IMG/VR virus record: IMGVR_UViG_3300008963_000001
Location: 64,678-128,677 of that record
Source of the DNA: a virus
DNA: 64,000 nt
Reading direction: 5' to 3' (one strand)
Positions 29,701 through 38,280 of this stretch are shown here, piece by piece. Position 1 is the stretch's first letter, and every line of letters starts with the position of its first letter. The notes below the pieces were generated by a model that saw nothing but the letters and a program-made list of their open reading frames with translations, was not told the DNA's origin and did no database searches. The position numbers and the translations under genes are program-made.

Positions 29701-32424
29701 GGTAATGAATATACAGAAGTTGAATATATAATTACAGGCGGCGGCGTTAATTCAGATGTAGAAAACGATGAATTTAGAGATGATGCAGTTTTCGAAATAC
29801 GCGGATTAGATCTAGGTAATGATTCATCAGGACAATTTGGCGGTGATGGATATCTTACTAATGCAAACACAGCACAGGGAGGAACTACAACTAAAATATC
29901 TTTAGCAGCTGTGGATCAGGAAGTAAGTTCTGCTTACATTGGTATGAAAGTCGTGTTAGATGGCGGGAAAGGTGCCGGACAGTTTGGTATTGTTACCACA
30001 TACGACTCAGGAACCAAAGAAGCAACTGTTGTAAGAGAAAGTGACGGCCAACCAGGGTGGGACCATTTTGTTCCAGGAACTCCTATAGTTGCGCCCGATC
30101 CATCAACAACTTATGTTATGGAGCCGGCAATATCTCTAAGCTCTCCAGGATTTTTATCCAGTGAAGTAACAATGTCGCAATCTGGGGTGTGGTCAGAATC
30201 TGTTTACGGAAATACATCAGAAGAGTATCTTGACAAGGCTGTAGATTCATACGAAGGTAACGGAACCGGAGCAAGCTTTAATATAACAAGAGTTGGCACA
30301 AAGTATTTTGTTACTCTAGAAGACGCAGGGGAAGGATATGCCAGACTTGACACACTGACAATATTAGGCAGTTCACTCAACGGAGATGACGTAACCAATG
30401 ATATTGTGATAACATTGACTTCCGTAAATTCAACCACCGGAGCAATTTTAGAGTTTGATTTTGAAGGTTCGGCATTCGGCGGAAGATTTGTAGCTGTTAC
30501 TACATCTAACAACAACGGATCATACAGTAACGATGGCGAAACATGGCAAGCAATGACACTGCCAACAGCCGCAAACGGTTACTCGTCCGTTGCGCACGGA
30601 CTTTTAGATGACGGCTCATCCTTGGTTAAGTTCTCTAAATTTGTTGCAGTATCACCAAACAGTGATATAGCAGCTTATTCGTCAGACGGTATAACTTGGA
30701 CGGCATCAACATTACCTATTAGCGCAAACTGGACAAGCGTAGCATTCGGAAATGGAAGATTTGTAGCAGTAGCATCTGATTCAACAACTGTAGCAGTTTC
30801 TAACGATGGAGAAGTGTGGGATTTAACGTCTACATTGTCAAGAACTGGCGCAAATGAAGTTGCCTATGGCATGGGACGTTGGGTAGTTGTTTTTGATAAC
30901 TCGTCCAGCGGGGATGGCGTGAATTATTCAGCAACAGCTTTAGGTAATTGGAATGCACCCGACAATGCGGACGAACAAATGCCAACCGGGGCAAACTGGA
31001 CTTCAGTAACATGGGGACAAGGTGCATGGGTGGCAGTAGCTAGTGATACAAACACAGGAGCTATAAGTATTGACGGCATAAATTGGAATTCAATGACTGT
31101 AGGATCTCCTGACTCTACTGATCCTGCCGGATACAACAAAGTCAGATACGGCCAAGGTTTGTTTATGGCCACACTAGAAGACACAACTGCTGGAATAACT
31201 GGCTATTCATATATTGCTAAATCAGAAGACGGGCTCTTCTGGGAGTTTGAAGGTGTTAACGATAACGGAAACGCTGTGAACGGGTACAATGCAATTTCGT
31301 TCGGTAATCCTAACTCAACAGGTTTTTGGTCAATTATTGAAAATCAAACTACCACAAGAGGAGTAAGAATTAGGACAGGCGCAACAGCTCGTGCGCGAGC
31401 ATTTGTATCAGAAACTAAAATTTTCCAGATTAGGATACTAGAACCAGGTTCAGGATACGAATCGCCTCCCTCTATAACTATAACAGATCCCAACAATATT
31501 TTTGAAGCACCATTCGACGTTCGAATAGGCAAAGGAGCACTAGCGACCCCTAGTTTTGTAAACCGAGGCGAGGAATACGGATCTGCCAATGCAGAAGTAG
31601 AATCCGATCTTTCTAACGGTTTCGCGGACTTTTTCCAGAATGGAAACTTTGTATTTGTAAAGAGATTAACTGAAAGACCTGTTCCGGGTGCTAATGTGGT
31701 ATTTGACAGTCTTCCTGATCAAGTATTTAGGCTTGTAAATGTGGTAACATTCTTAGGACAGAATGATGGAGCATACACAGCATTCTTACAAATCAGTCCT
31801 GAAATTCCAATCAGTCAAGCTCCGCCTCAGAATGACGGAGTAACAACTAGAATTAGATATTCGCAGGTTAGATTAACTAACCATGATTTCTTAGATATAG
31901 GAACAGGAAACTTTGTTACAACAAATTATCCTAACACTCCATTACAAGAACCTGATCCTAGCAAAGAAACAACAGATGCAAATGGCGGAAGGGTATTCTT
32001 TACATCCACTGACCAAGATGGCAACTTCCGAGTAGGTGATCTGTTTACAATCGAACAATCCACAGGTGTTGCAACATTGAACGCAGATGCATTTAATATT
32101 GCGGGATTGCAGGAACTATCTTTGGGAGAAGTTACACTAGGTGGTGGTTCGGCAAGTATTGATGAATTCTCAACAGATCCATTTTTTACAGCTGATTCAG
32201 ACAGTATTGTTCCTACTCAGAGAGCAATTAAGGCTTATATTGCGGCACAGATCGGCGGCGGCGGCGCGTCACTTAATGTAAATAGTGTAACAGCAGGAAG
32301 TATCTTTATAAATACTAACCAGATAAGAACAACCGATCAAAGCACGATACAGATGCGAGGAAAATTTGATTTCCAAGCTGAAATAAATGGGTATCCACTT
32401 GCGTGGAACTACTTCTTAAATTAA
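26701..32424 (+). CDS. C-terminal part of the second giant adhesin (beta-helix and Asp-box propeller regions)
   Basis: KTGTYRETLPIIVP..ILGDELR, DPGWGPDD, SNDFTQVISDGIGAW, FFTSTDQDGNFRVGDLF match the corresponding parts of 18734; GGAG at 26689-26692. Confidence 0.75.
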   Translation: MATVKQQIQNLTDIFSEAIENDNVDTVPARQVEDVSIFVKTGTYRETLPIIVPESTVILGDELRSSNAGPSSGVTDRSDAFYSQNSMNHLSSIVRSIVVGDTVTPSVGNTEVQSQKFPFADTPQQSDLKLLIQTIQNNIDFRIGTTNMAEYNFPVGYNDTFLPTFGNARKLLSYNKEFLKAEVVAYIKNNFPNILYSKTKCAQDVGYIVDAIVYDMTYGGNTQSIIAGLAYYDGNSSNLAIDSTEKSATISAYNFLKSRIETVITGFFLPSPQQSDVTQFTDTAGNSTSINYAKDLVDIIISILQNGVSAAPNVTVVTITGADTLNTSVAHGLEVGDSFTPRATINGLVKNKKHWIVDVPTATSFKVSESFGGSILSLTNGSNLNLIGDVIDYPVTTNGITTTTALITAAETLDAAQEQIIRNVIDDLNKVAYNFDFTVDDVNLTNDDFQIYVGKDDYAHTYVSGGTVTKSNGTVLNVSNFVYNEATGYATITTSVDHELEAGDIVDIQEITVEVTLNGQPITFEFPSPTSIDGSQTKVLYRRSKCERDTRLILEAVMFDFMLNSNFQSLKSGYAYLRATSSEVYGLDQKQITRDALDNARTEALANVGGDSTAQSRITPLMELIDAIIFSGSIEGTNNATVLRNNDYAIHQLEMNKDFIVQELTSYIQSEYSDTVNLLQDSTSYISISDTSWLNRGASIRFTGDVRSTIEKNKIYYVQNIIDEYNFTISETRYSNIPFVFDVNDDEILDAELATNFRVELVYNTASCERDVSAYLAALKYDLKYPGNYKSLYAARYYGNSVIGSLEEDMYYVRNGTGIRNQTLEGLSGDVLAVNEFGTSRVSAGAFVSLDPGWGPDDDRTWVKTRSCYVQGVTTFGYAAVGQKIDGALHNGGNDSIVSNDFTQVISDGIGAWVTNNGRAELVSVFTYYARIGYLSENGGRIRGTNGNCSYGTFGAVAEGFDATETPIEAVVDNRQGFDAVIGSVSTDGDKILGFEFDHAGNEYTEVEYIITGGGVNSDVENDEFRDDAVFEIRGLDLGNDSSGQFGGDGYLTNANTAQGGTTTKISLAAVDQEVSSAYIGMKVVLDGGKGAGQFGIVTTYDSGTKEATVVRESDGQPGWDHFVPGTPIVAPDPSTTYVMEPAISLSSPGFLSSEVTMSQSGVWSESVYGNTSEEYLDKAVDSYEGNGTGASFNITRVGTKYFVTLEDAGEGYARLDTLTILGSSLNGDDVTNDIVITLTSVNSTTGAILEFDFEGSAFGGRFVAVTTSNNNGSYSNDGETWQAMTLPTAANGYSSVAHGLLDDGSSLVKFSKFVAVSPNSDIAAYSSDGITWTASTLPISANWTSVAFGNGRFVAVASDSTTVAVSNDGEVWDLTSTLSRTGANEVAYGMGRWVVVFDNSSSGDGVNYSATALGNWNAPDNADEQMPTGANWTSVTWGQGAWVAVASDTNTGAISIDGINWNSMTVGSPDSTDPAGYNKVRYGQGLFMATLEDTTAGITGYSYIAKSEDGLFWEFEGVNDNGNAVNGYNAISFGNPNSTGFWSIIENQTTTRGVRIRTGATARARAFVSETKIFQIRILEPGSGYESPPSITITDPNNIFEAPFDVRIGKGALATPSFVNRGEEYGSANAEVESDLSNGFADFFQNGNFVFVKRLTERPVPGANVVFDSLPDQVFRLVNVVTFLGQNDGAYTAFLQISPEIPISQAPPQNDGVTTRIRYSQVRLTNHDFLDIGTGNFVTTNYPNTPLQEPDPSKETTDANGGRVFFTSTDQDGNFRVGDLFTIEQSTGVATLNADAFNIAGLQELSLGEVTLGGGSASIDEFSTDPFFTADSDSIVPTQRAIKAYIAAQIGGGGASLNVNSVTAGSIFINTNQIRTTDQSTIQMRGKFDFQAEINGYPLAWNYFLN

Positions 32425-32439
32425 ACGGAGAAAATAATA

Positions 32440-32760
32440 ATGGCAACAGGAAAACTTGGAGCAGAAGACTTAGCAGCAGCCACACCCACAGTGATTTACA
32501 CCGTCCCAGACGGACAATTCACAGTAGCTTCTATTAATATCTGTAACAGAAATACAAGCAACGTTTTGATTAAAATAGCAATTGCAGATGCCGACACACC
32601 TGCAGCAGGAGAATACATAGAATTCGATGCAGAAATCCTCCCCAACGGTGTCCTTGAAAGGACAGGCATTGTAATGAATGCTGACCAGCGCGTGGTTGTC
32701 GAAGCCAATGCTATTAATGTAAGTGCGAATGCGTTTGGTATTGAAACATCGGTATCTTAA
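32440..32760 (+). CDS. Small beta-sandwich structural protein (family with 13617 and 17980)
   Basis: SINICNRN...IKIAI...IEFDAEILPNGVLERTGIVM. Confidence 0.55.
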   Translation: MATGKLGAEDLAAATPTVIYTVPDGQFTVASINICNRNTSNVLIKIAIADADTPAAGEYIEFDAEILPNGVLERTGIVMNADQRVVVEANAINVSANAFGIETSVS

Positions 32761-32785
32761 GATAAATAGCTAAAAGGAAGAAATA

Positions 32786-33241
32786 ATGGGTAGAAAAATA
32801 TCCGGCGGTGTAAGACAACCGATTAGTAATACATTTTCAGGGACTACAGCCGAAAGACCGACAAATGTATCACCGGGAATACAATTTTTTAACACAGACA
32901 TTAATCTGTTAGAAATTTATGATGGCAGCGGCTGGCACAGAATTAATGATTTTATACCAGTTGCTGTTGCAACTTCTACTACTATTACTGCTAATAAAAC
33001 TTACTGGGTAGATACTGCCGGCGCACCGGTAACAATAACATTACCTAGTAGTCCTGTTGCACAAGATTTTATTAAAATTACAGATATTTCGGGGTCTTTT
33101 GATAATAACAATCTTACAGTAAACCCAAACGGCCATCCTATAATGCGGACTTCAGATTCAATGACGGTTAGCACACAGGGTGCATCGTTTATAATGGTAT
33201 ACTATAATGCTACTACCGGTTGGTTATTAGAGGGTATTTAA
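32786..33241 (+). CDS. Fiber connector protein (Mtd_N-like motif plus C-terminal fiber module)
   Basis: SGTTAERP...FFNTDINLLEIYDGSGW; VDTAGAPVTITLPSSP. TAAATA at 32763-32768. Confidence 0.55.
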   Translation: MGRKISGGVRQPISNTFSGTTAERPTNVSPGIQFFNTDINLLEIYDGSGWHRINDFIPVAVATSTTITANKTYWVDTAGAPVTITLPSSPVAQDFIKITDISGSFDNNNLTVNPNGHPIMRTSDSMTVSTQGASFIMVYYNATTGWLLEGI

Positions 33242-33250
33242 GGATAAAAC

Positions 33251-34099
33251 ATGCCATTTAATTATGAAACGCTAAAAAGATTACAAGGCGATGCTGTAAT
33301 AGATCAATCTCTCACCTCCGATGATATAAAGGATGGCGATATTGACGCGGATAAACTCGATAATAGCTCTATTTCTAGCGCACAACTAGCTGATGCGGCA
33401 GTAAATCTAAGCGGTAACAAAGTTACTGGATCACTTGCTGTCAACAAAGGAGGCACAGGATTATCAGGTATCTCCGGAGCATATCAGGCAGTAACTACAA
33501 GTGGTAGCAACAACACACTACGCCCGCACGGAATCTACGGCATGCAGGTGTTCACAGGCAACGGGACCTGGAATAGGCCAAGTAATGTCAGATACATCAA
33601 AGTTCAGGTAGTAGGCGGTGGTGGCGGCGGCTCGGGCCACGGCGAAGCCGGTGGATCTGGTGGCTATGCAGAAGAAATTATTAATGTTGAAAGCATAAGC
33701 AGTGTTCCAGTTACCATCGGCGGCGGTGGCGGTAGTTCGTATTACTCCGGTGCTGGCGGCAACGGTGGCGCAAGCTCTTTTGGACCTTATGTATCAGCAA
33801 GTTTAGGTTATGGCGCAAACAGAAATAACCAGCACTCTGGTGGAGTTAGTGGTGTAGGAAGTGGCGGTAACTTAAATATTCATGGCGGCGGTGGTGGAAA
33901 TCATCACCAGAGATCTGGAAAAGGCGGCGGATCGTATTGGGGCGGCTCTACAGCAGGAGGACATCCGCAAGGTGGACAGTTTGCTTATAATCACCGCAAC
34001 CACGCAGGCCCCGGAGCCGGGGGCGCAGGCGGATATTTTAATGGAAACAGGGGTGCAATAGGCAAAGCAGGTATGGTAGTTGTTACCATGTTTTACTAA
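33251..34099 (+). CDS. Glycine-rich adhesin-like protein, paralog 1
   Basis: VVGGGGGGSGHGE, GGGGSSYYSGAGGNGG, GANRNNQHSGG, HPQGGQFAYNHRNH. Confidence 0.7.
   Translation: MPFNYETLKRLQGDAVIDQSLTSDDIKDGDIDADKLDNSSISSAQLADAAVNLSGNKVTGSLAVNKGGTGLSGISGAYQAVTTSGSNNTLRPHGIYGMQVFTGNGTWNRPSNVRYIKVQVVGGGGGGSGHGEAGGSGGYAEEIINVESISSVPVTIGGGGGSSYYSGAGGNGGASSFGPYVSASLGYGANRNNQHSGGVSGVGSGGNLNIHGGGGGNHHQRSGKGGGSYWGGSTAGGHPQGGQFAYNHRNHAGPGAGGAGGYFNGNRGAIGKAGMVVVTMFY
33812..33903 (+). repeat. 92-nt perfect direct repeat, copy 1
   Basis: Identical to 35545-35636 by base-by-base reading; flanking bases differ. Confidence 0.85.
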
Positions 34100-34110
34100 A
34101 GAGAAAACAT

Positions 34111-34965
34111 ATGGCATTTGATTATAGAACTTTAAAAAATATAACAGGAAGAGCATTTGTTTCTGAAACTTTAGAAGCAACAGATCTTGCAGATGATGCA
34201 ATCACCTCTAGCAAAATCGAAGACGGTGCTGTAAATGCAAATAAAATGCAAGAGGGATCAGTTAACTTAAGTGGAAACAAAGTAACCGGGTCTGTAAGTG
34301 CAAATGCTGGCGGAACCGGTTTAACATCACTCGGATCCGCTTATCAAATTTTAAGTGTAGATTCAGGCGGCGGTAACCTTACATATGCGAATTCTAGCAT
34401 TAGAAGTATGCGTGTATACACAGGTAATTCGACTTGGACGAAACCCAGCGGTGTTAGATATGTAAAAGCCTGTGTTGTAGGCGGTGGTGGCGGCGGCTCG
34501 GGCCACGGCGAAAGTGCAGGAGCCGGCGGGTACGCAGAAGAAATTATAGATGTAACTGGCATAAACAGCGTATCGATAACTGTAGGGGGAGGCGGTGGCA
34601 GCTCGTATTACTCCGGCGCAGGAGGAAATGGCGCAAGTTCGTCGTTTGGACCTTATGTATCAGCCAGCGGCGGGTATGGCGCAAACAGAAATAACCAGCA
34701 CTCCGGCGGTGTTGGCGGTGTAGGAAGTGGCGGAAATTTAAATATTTACGGCGGAGGAGGCAATCCTCATCACACAGGATCAAGCACCGGTGGAGAGTCA
34801 TTCTGGGGAGGTAACACAGCCGCAGGACATCCGCAAGGTGGACAGTTTTCTTATAATCACCGCAACCATGCCGCTCCGGGAAGTGGCGGCGCAGGCGGCC
34901 ATTATAATGGAAACAGGGGTGCTATAGGCCGAGGCGGAATGGTCGTTGTTTACGAATATTATTAA
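34111..34965 (+). CDS. Glycine-rich adhesin-like protein, paralog 2
   Basis: Same motif series as 33251. Confidence 0.7.
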   Translation: MAFDYRTLKNITGRAFVSETLEATDLADDAITSSKIEDGAVNANKMQEGSVNLSGNKVTGSVSANAGGTGLTSLGSAYQILSVDSGGGNLTYANSSIRSMRVYTGNSTWTKPSGVRYVKACVVGGGGGGSGHGESAGAGGYAEEIIDVTGINSVSITVGGGGGSSYYSGAGGNGASSSFGPYVSASGGYGANRNNQHSGGVGGVGSGGNLNIYGGGGNPHHTGSSTGGESFWGGNTAAGHPQGGQFSYNHRNHAAPGSGGAGGHYNGNRGAIGRGGMVVVYEYY

Positions 34966-34977
34966 AGAGAAAAACAT

Positions 34978-35832
34978 ATGGCATTTGATTATAGAACCTT
35001 AAAACAATTGTCTACTGAAGATATAGTAGACGGATCGCTTGAAAAAACAGAATTAGCAAACGGTGTAGGTATTTCACGCACCGTAGCTAATAGTGCTGTT
35101 GGAGATACAAAACTAGCTAACAGTTCAGTGGATTTAGGCGGCAATAAAGTGACGGGTACATTGGGCGTAGGTTCAGGAGGAACAGGATTAACGTCCGCTG
35201 GAAGCAACTTAGAAGTATTGCGTGTTAACGGCGCCGGCAACGCTCTGGAATACTCTCGAATAGGTATCAATGCAATCAGAGCATATCAGGGCAATTCAAC
35301 ATGGAACAGACCTGCCGGTGTAAGATATGTTCATGTGCAAGTTGTAGGCGGTGGTGGTGGCGGCTCGGGCCACGGCGAAAGTGGCGGTGCAGGCGGGTAC
35401 GCAGAAGAAATTATTAATGTAGAAAGCATAAGTTCGGTAAGCATAAGCATAGGGAGTCGAGGCGGTAGTTCGTATTACTCCGGTGCCGGCGGCAACGGAG
35501 GATCAACCTCCTTTGGACCGTATTGCTCTGCAGGCGGCGGGTTCGGCGCAAACAGAAATAACCAGCACTCTGGTGGAGTTAGTGGTGTAGGAAGTGGCGG
35601 TAACTTAAATATTCATGGCGGCGGTGGTGGAAATCACACTGAAAGTTCGGGCCCCGGAGGATCATCATTCTGGGGAGGTAACACCGCAATGGGACATCCG
35701 CAAGGCGGACAGTTCACATATAATCACCGCAATCATGCCGCTCCAGGAAGTGGCGGAACTGGCGGATATTATAATGGAAACAGGGGTGCTATCGGTCGCA
35801 ACGGAATGGTTGTGGTAACTGAATACAGATAA
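34978..35832 (+). CDS. Glycine-rich adhesin-like protein, paralog 3
   Basis: Same motif series as 33251. Confidence 0.7.
   Translation: MAFDYRTLKQLSTEDIVDGSLEKTELANGVGISRTVANSAVGDTKLANSSVDLGGNKVTGTLGVGSGGTGLTSAGSNLEVLRVNGAGNALEYSRIGINAIRAYQGNSTWNRPAGVRYVHVQVVGGGGGGSGHGESGGAGGYAEEIINVESISSVSISIGSRGGSSYYSGAGGNGGSTSFGPYCSAGGGFGANRNNQHSGGVSGVGSGGNLNIHGGGGGNHTESSGPGGSSFWGGNTAMGHPQGGQFTYNHRNHAAPGSGGTGGYYNGNRGAIGRNGMVVVTEYR
35545..35636 (+). repeat. 92-nt perfect direct repeat, copy 2
   Basis: Identical to 33812-33903. Confidence 0.85.
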
Positions 35833-35854
35833 ATAGGATTATAGGAAAATATTC

Positions 35855-36361
35855 ATGAAAAAAGTTTTAGTAAGCTTAGAAGGTTATGTAATGCAAGTCG
35901 AAGAACCCGGTAGTGACTTTGACATATACGAAGGTCCAGATGCAACATTTGCATGGGTAGATGCACCCGATGATGTGACATTACAATGGACACTAGAATA
36001 TAGCCCATCTCAAGGTAAAATGATTTGGGTCAATAGAGATGCACCTCCAGTCGATTTAGGAATGCAAAGAAGAGTTGCGTATGGCACCGTGGAGGATCAA
36101 TTAGACATGCTTTATCATGATATGAAAGACGGAAATCTCACAAGCGGATCTTGGTTTAATCATATTGATATAATCAAAAAATCAATTCCTAAGCCTCCTC
36201 CAAGCGAAGAAGAGTTATCTCCTGAGGAGCAAGAAGCTTTAGATGCAATACGCGAGCCGGATGTTAACTCCCCTATGAAATTTTCGACACCGGAAATGCC
36301 ATCATGGGTAAGATGCCCGGGATGGAAATATTACGAAGGTGATAAGGAGAAAGATGTATAA
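35855..36361 (+). CDS. Tail-fiber-associated/assembly-like protein
   Basis: QRRVAYGTVEDQLDMLYHDM...WFNHI..IK..IPKP; follows the fiber genes. Confidence 0.5.
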   Translation: MKKVLVSLEGYVMQVEEPGSDFDIYEGPDATFAWVDAPDDVTLQWTLEYSPSQGKMIWVNRDAPPVDLGMQRRVAYGTVEDQLDMLYHDMKDGNLTSGSWFNHIDIIKKSIPKPPPSEEELSPEEQEALDAIREPDVNSPMKFSTPEMPSWVRCPGWKYYEGDKEKDV

Positions 36362-36582
36362 TGGCTACACTTAGAGCAATTGGTCCTGTAACGGTCGAGA
36401 ATGTATCTTTGGGGAAATTATTTGAAGCTTCTCTAGTTTCATTTGAAAAAAAGGTTAGTCTAGTAGTAGAAATAAATGGACATAATGTGTCTTTAGCTTA
36501 CGATACCGATGGCAATGATTATGAAGCTGATCATAATGGACATAGGTATAGGGCTATGAATCCTAAATTTGTAGCAGAATAA
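36361..36582 (+). CDS. Small hypothetical protein
   Basis: 73-aa ORF coupled to the upstream stop. Confidence 0.6.
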   Translation: MATLRAIGPVTVENVSLGKLFEASLVSFEKKVSLVVEINGHNVSLAYDTDGNDYEADHNGHRYRAMNPKFVAE

Positions 36583-36598
36583 ACTATCTTATTTGCAT

Positions 36599-36624
36599 AA
36601 AGCAGGTCCTGCCCTGCTTTTTTT
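36599..36624 (+). terminator. Rho-independent terminator closing the fiber operon
   Basis: AAAGCAGG-TCCTGC-CCTGCTTT plus T tract. Confidence 0.8.
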
Positions 36625-36646
36625 ATCATCCCCTGATAATAAACGT

Positions 36647-36652
36647 TAAATA
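36647..36652 (+). promoter_or_regulatory. Late promoter box TAAATA heading the halogenase/oxygenase operon
   Basis: Lies between the terminator and the SD (GGAG) of ATG 36676. Confidence 0.5.
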
Positions 36653-36675
36653 TATCCAAGTTTAGTGGAGAAAAT

Positions 36676-38280
36676 ATGAAAATAAAAAAGGTGTGTATTG
36701 TTGGTGGCGGATCGTCGGGCTGGATGACTGCTGCTTCGTTAGCAAAACTTTGTCCTCATCTTGATGTCGTGTTGGTAGAGTCAAAATCAGTCGGCACTGT
36801 AGGTGTTGGTGAGTCTACCCTAGGACATATTAATAGATTTCTAAAAATGCTCGATATCACAGACGAGATGTGGATGGCCGATTGCAATGCTACATACAAG
36901 AACTCGATTAGATTTACAAGCTTTAGAGAAAACAACAATGAAGTTTTCGAGTATCCTTTTTGTCATGGGTTCGATTCTACCTTTGGAAAAGAAAACGGAT
37001 TAGAAACGTGGAATGAACTTTCTGCCCTATACCCGGATATTTTTACTCCTGAGACGTTCGCAGAATTTCATGCTTTATCAAATACTACTCTTGCTACATA
37101 TAATAAACAAACAAGAAATGAAGAAAAAAAATTAAAGTTTTTTGATTTCGGTCTAGATACTGCATATCATATGGATGCACAGTTATTCGGCGAATGGTTA
37201 AAAAATAATATTGCGTTACCCAATGGAGTAAAACACATCACAGGTAATGTAATAAATTTTGCTGACGACGGAAAAGGAAAATTATTCAAGTTATTTGTAG
37301 ATTCGGGCGACGAAATCGGCGCAGATTTATTTATTGATTGCACTGGATTCAGATCTTTATTATTAGAAAAAATAATGGGCGCACAATTTATTTCATTCGA
37401 AGATTATCTTGCAAATGATAGAGCATGGGCAGTTAGACTTCCGTATTCAAACAGAGAAGAGCAAATGCACAATGTAACTGATTGTCATGCGTTAGGCAAC
37501 GGTTGGGTGTGGAATATACCTCTCTGGAACAGAATAGGGACCGGTTACGTATATTCCAGTCGTTTTATTGACGATGACGGCGCACTGAAAGAATTTAAAA
37601 ATCATTTAAATGAGAAACATGATGTAGATCTAGAAGAAGCAAAATTTTTCCCCGTCCAAATCAGGCACGGTAAGCGGACTCGTGCTTGGATAGGAAACGT
37701 AGTAGGTATAGGTCTAAGTTATGGGTTTGTTGAACCTTTAGAATCAACAGGTCTACTAACAACACACGAAAATATTATAAGATTAGTAGATATGCTAAAC
37801 ACAAGGGGCGGATATCTTACTAGATCAGAAAGAGAAGCATTTAATAAAGCAGCTGATACGGATATAGAAGGATTCAAACAGTTTGTTTCTATGCACTATG
37901 CATTATCTAAAAGAAATGACACAGCATACTGGCGTTGGGCAACTCAAAAAAATGAATACGAGCCCTTGCAGTTTAACGATTTTCAATCTTCAAGATATGA
38001 TTATAAAGATATCTTAGGACCTATAATAGGAAACCTAGCAATGAACGATAGATATCATGGAAATAACTTTATTATTGCTGGTATGGGAATGCGATCAATT
38101 TCTACCGTTGGTCTTATTAAAGCAAGATATAACTACGACAGACTAAGTGAGCTTGAAAAGATAAAAAATGAATTTTTACACAAAAGAGACAGTGTTAGAC
38201 AATATGTATCCGCCCTCCCAACACATTATCAATATTTAAAAGAAAATATATACAATAATATTGACAACTATGATGTTTAA
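36676..38280 (+). CDS. Flavin-dependent (tryptophan-halogenase-family) halogenase 1
   Basis: GGGSSG FAD motif, VGVGES, ATYKNSIRF (catalytic Lys position), FIDCTGF, GWVWNIP (WxWxIP), FVEPLESTG. Confidence 0.85.
   Translation: MKIKKVCIVGGGSSGWMTAASLAKLCPHLDVVLVESKSVGTVGVGESTLGHINRFLKMLDITDEMWMADCNATYKNSIRFTSFRENNNEVFEYPFCHGFDSTFGKENGLETWNELSALYPDIFTPETFAEFHALSNTTLATYNKQTRNEEKKLKFFDFGLDTAYHMDAQLFGEWLKNNIALPNGVKHITGNVINFADDGKGKLFKLFVDSGDEIGADLFIDCTGFRSLLLEKIMGAQFISFEDYLANDRAWAVRLPYSNREEQMHNVTDCHALGNGWVWNIPLWNRIGTGYVYSSRFIDDDGALKEFKNHLNEKHDVDLEEAKFFPVQIRHGKRTRAWIGNVVGIGLSYGFVEPLESTGLLTTHENIIRLVDMLNTRGGYLTRSEREAFNKAADTDIEGFKQFVSMHYALSKRNDTAYWRWATQKNEYEPLQFNDFQSSRYDYKDILGPIIGNLAMNDRYHGNNFIIAGMGMRSISTVGLIKARYNYDRLSELEKIKNEFLHKRDSVRQYVSALPTHYQYLKENIYNNIDNYDV

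Noticed and set aside
33251-35832. Diversity-generating retroelement TR/VR pair
   Set aside because: Differences between repeats are not adenine-specific, all copies are intact genes, and no reverse transcriptase is present in the window.
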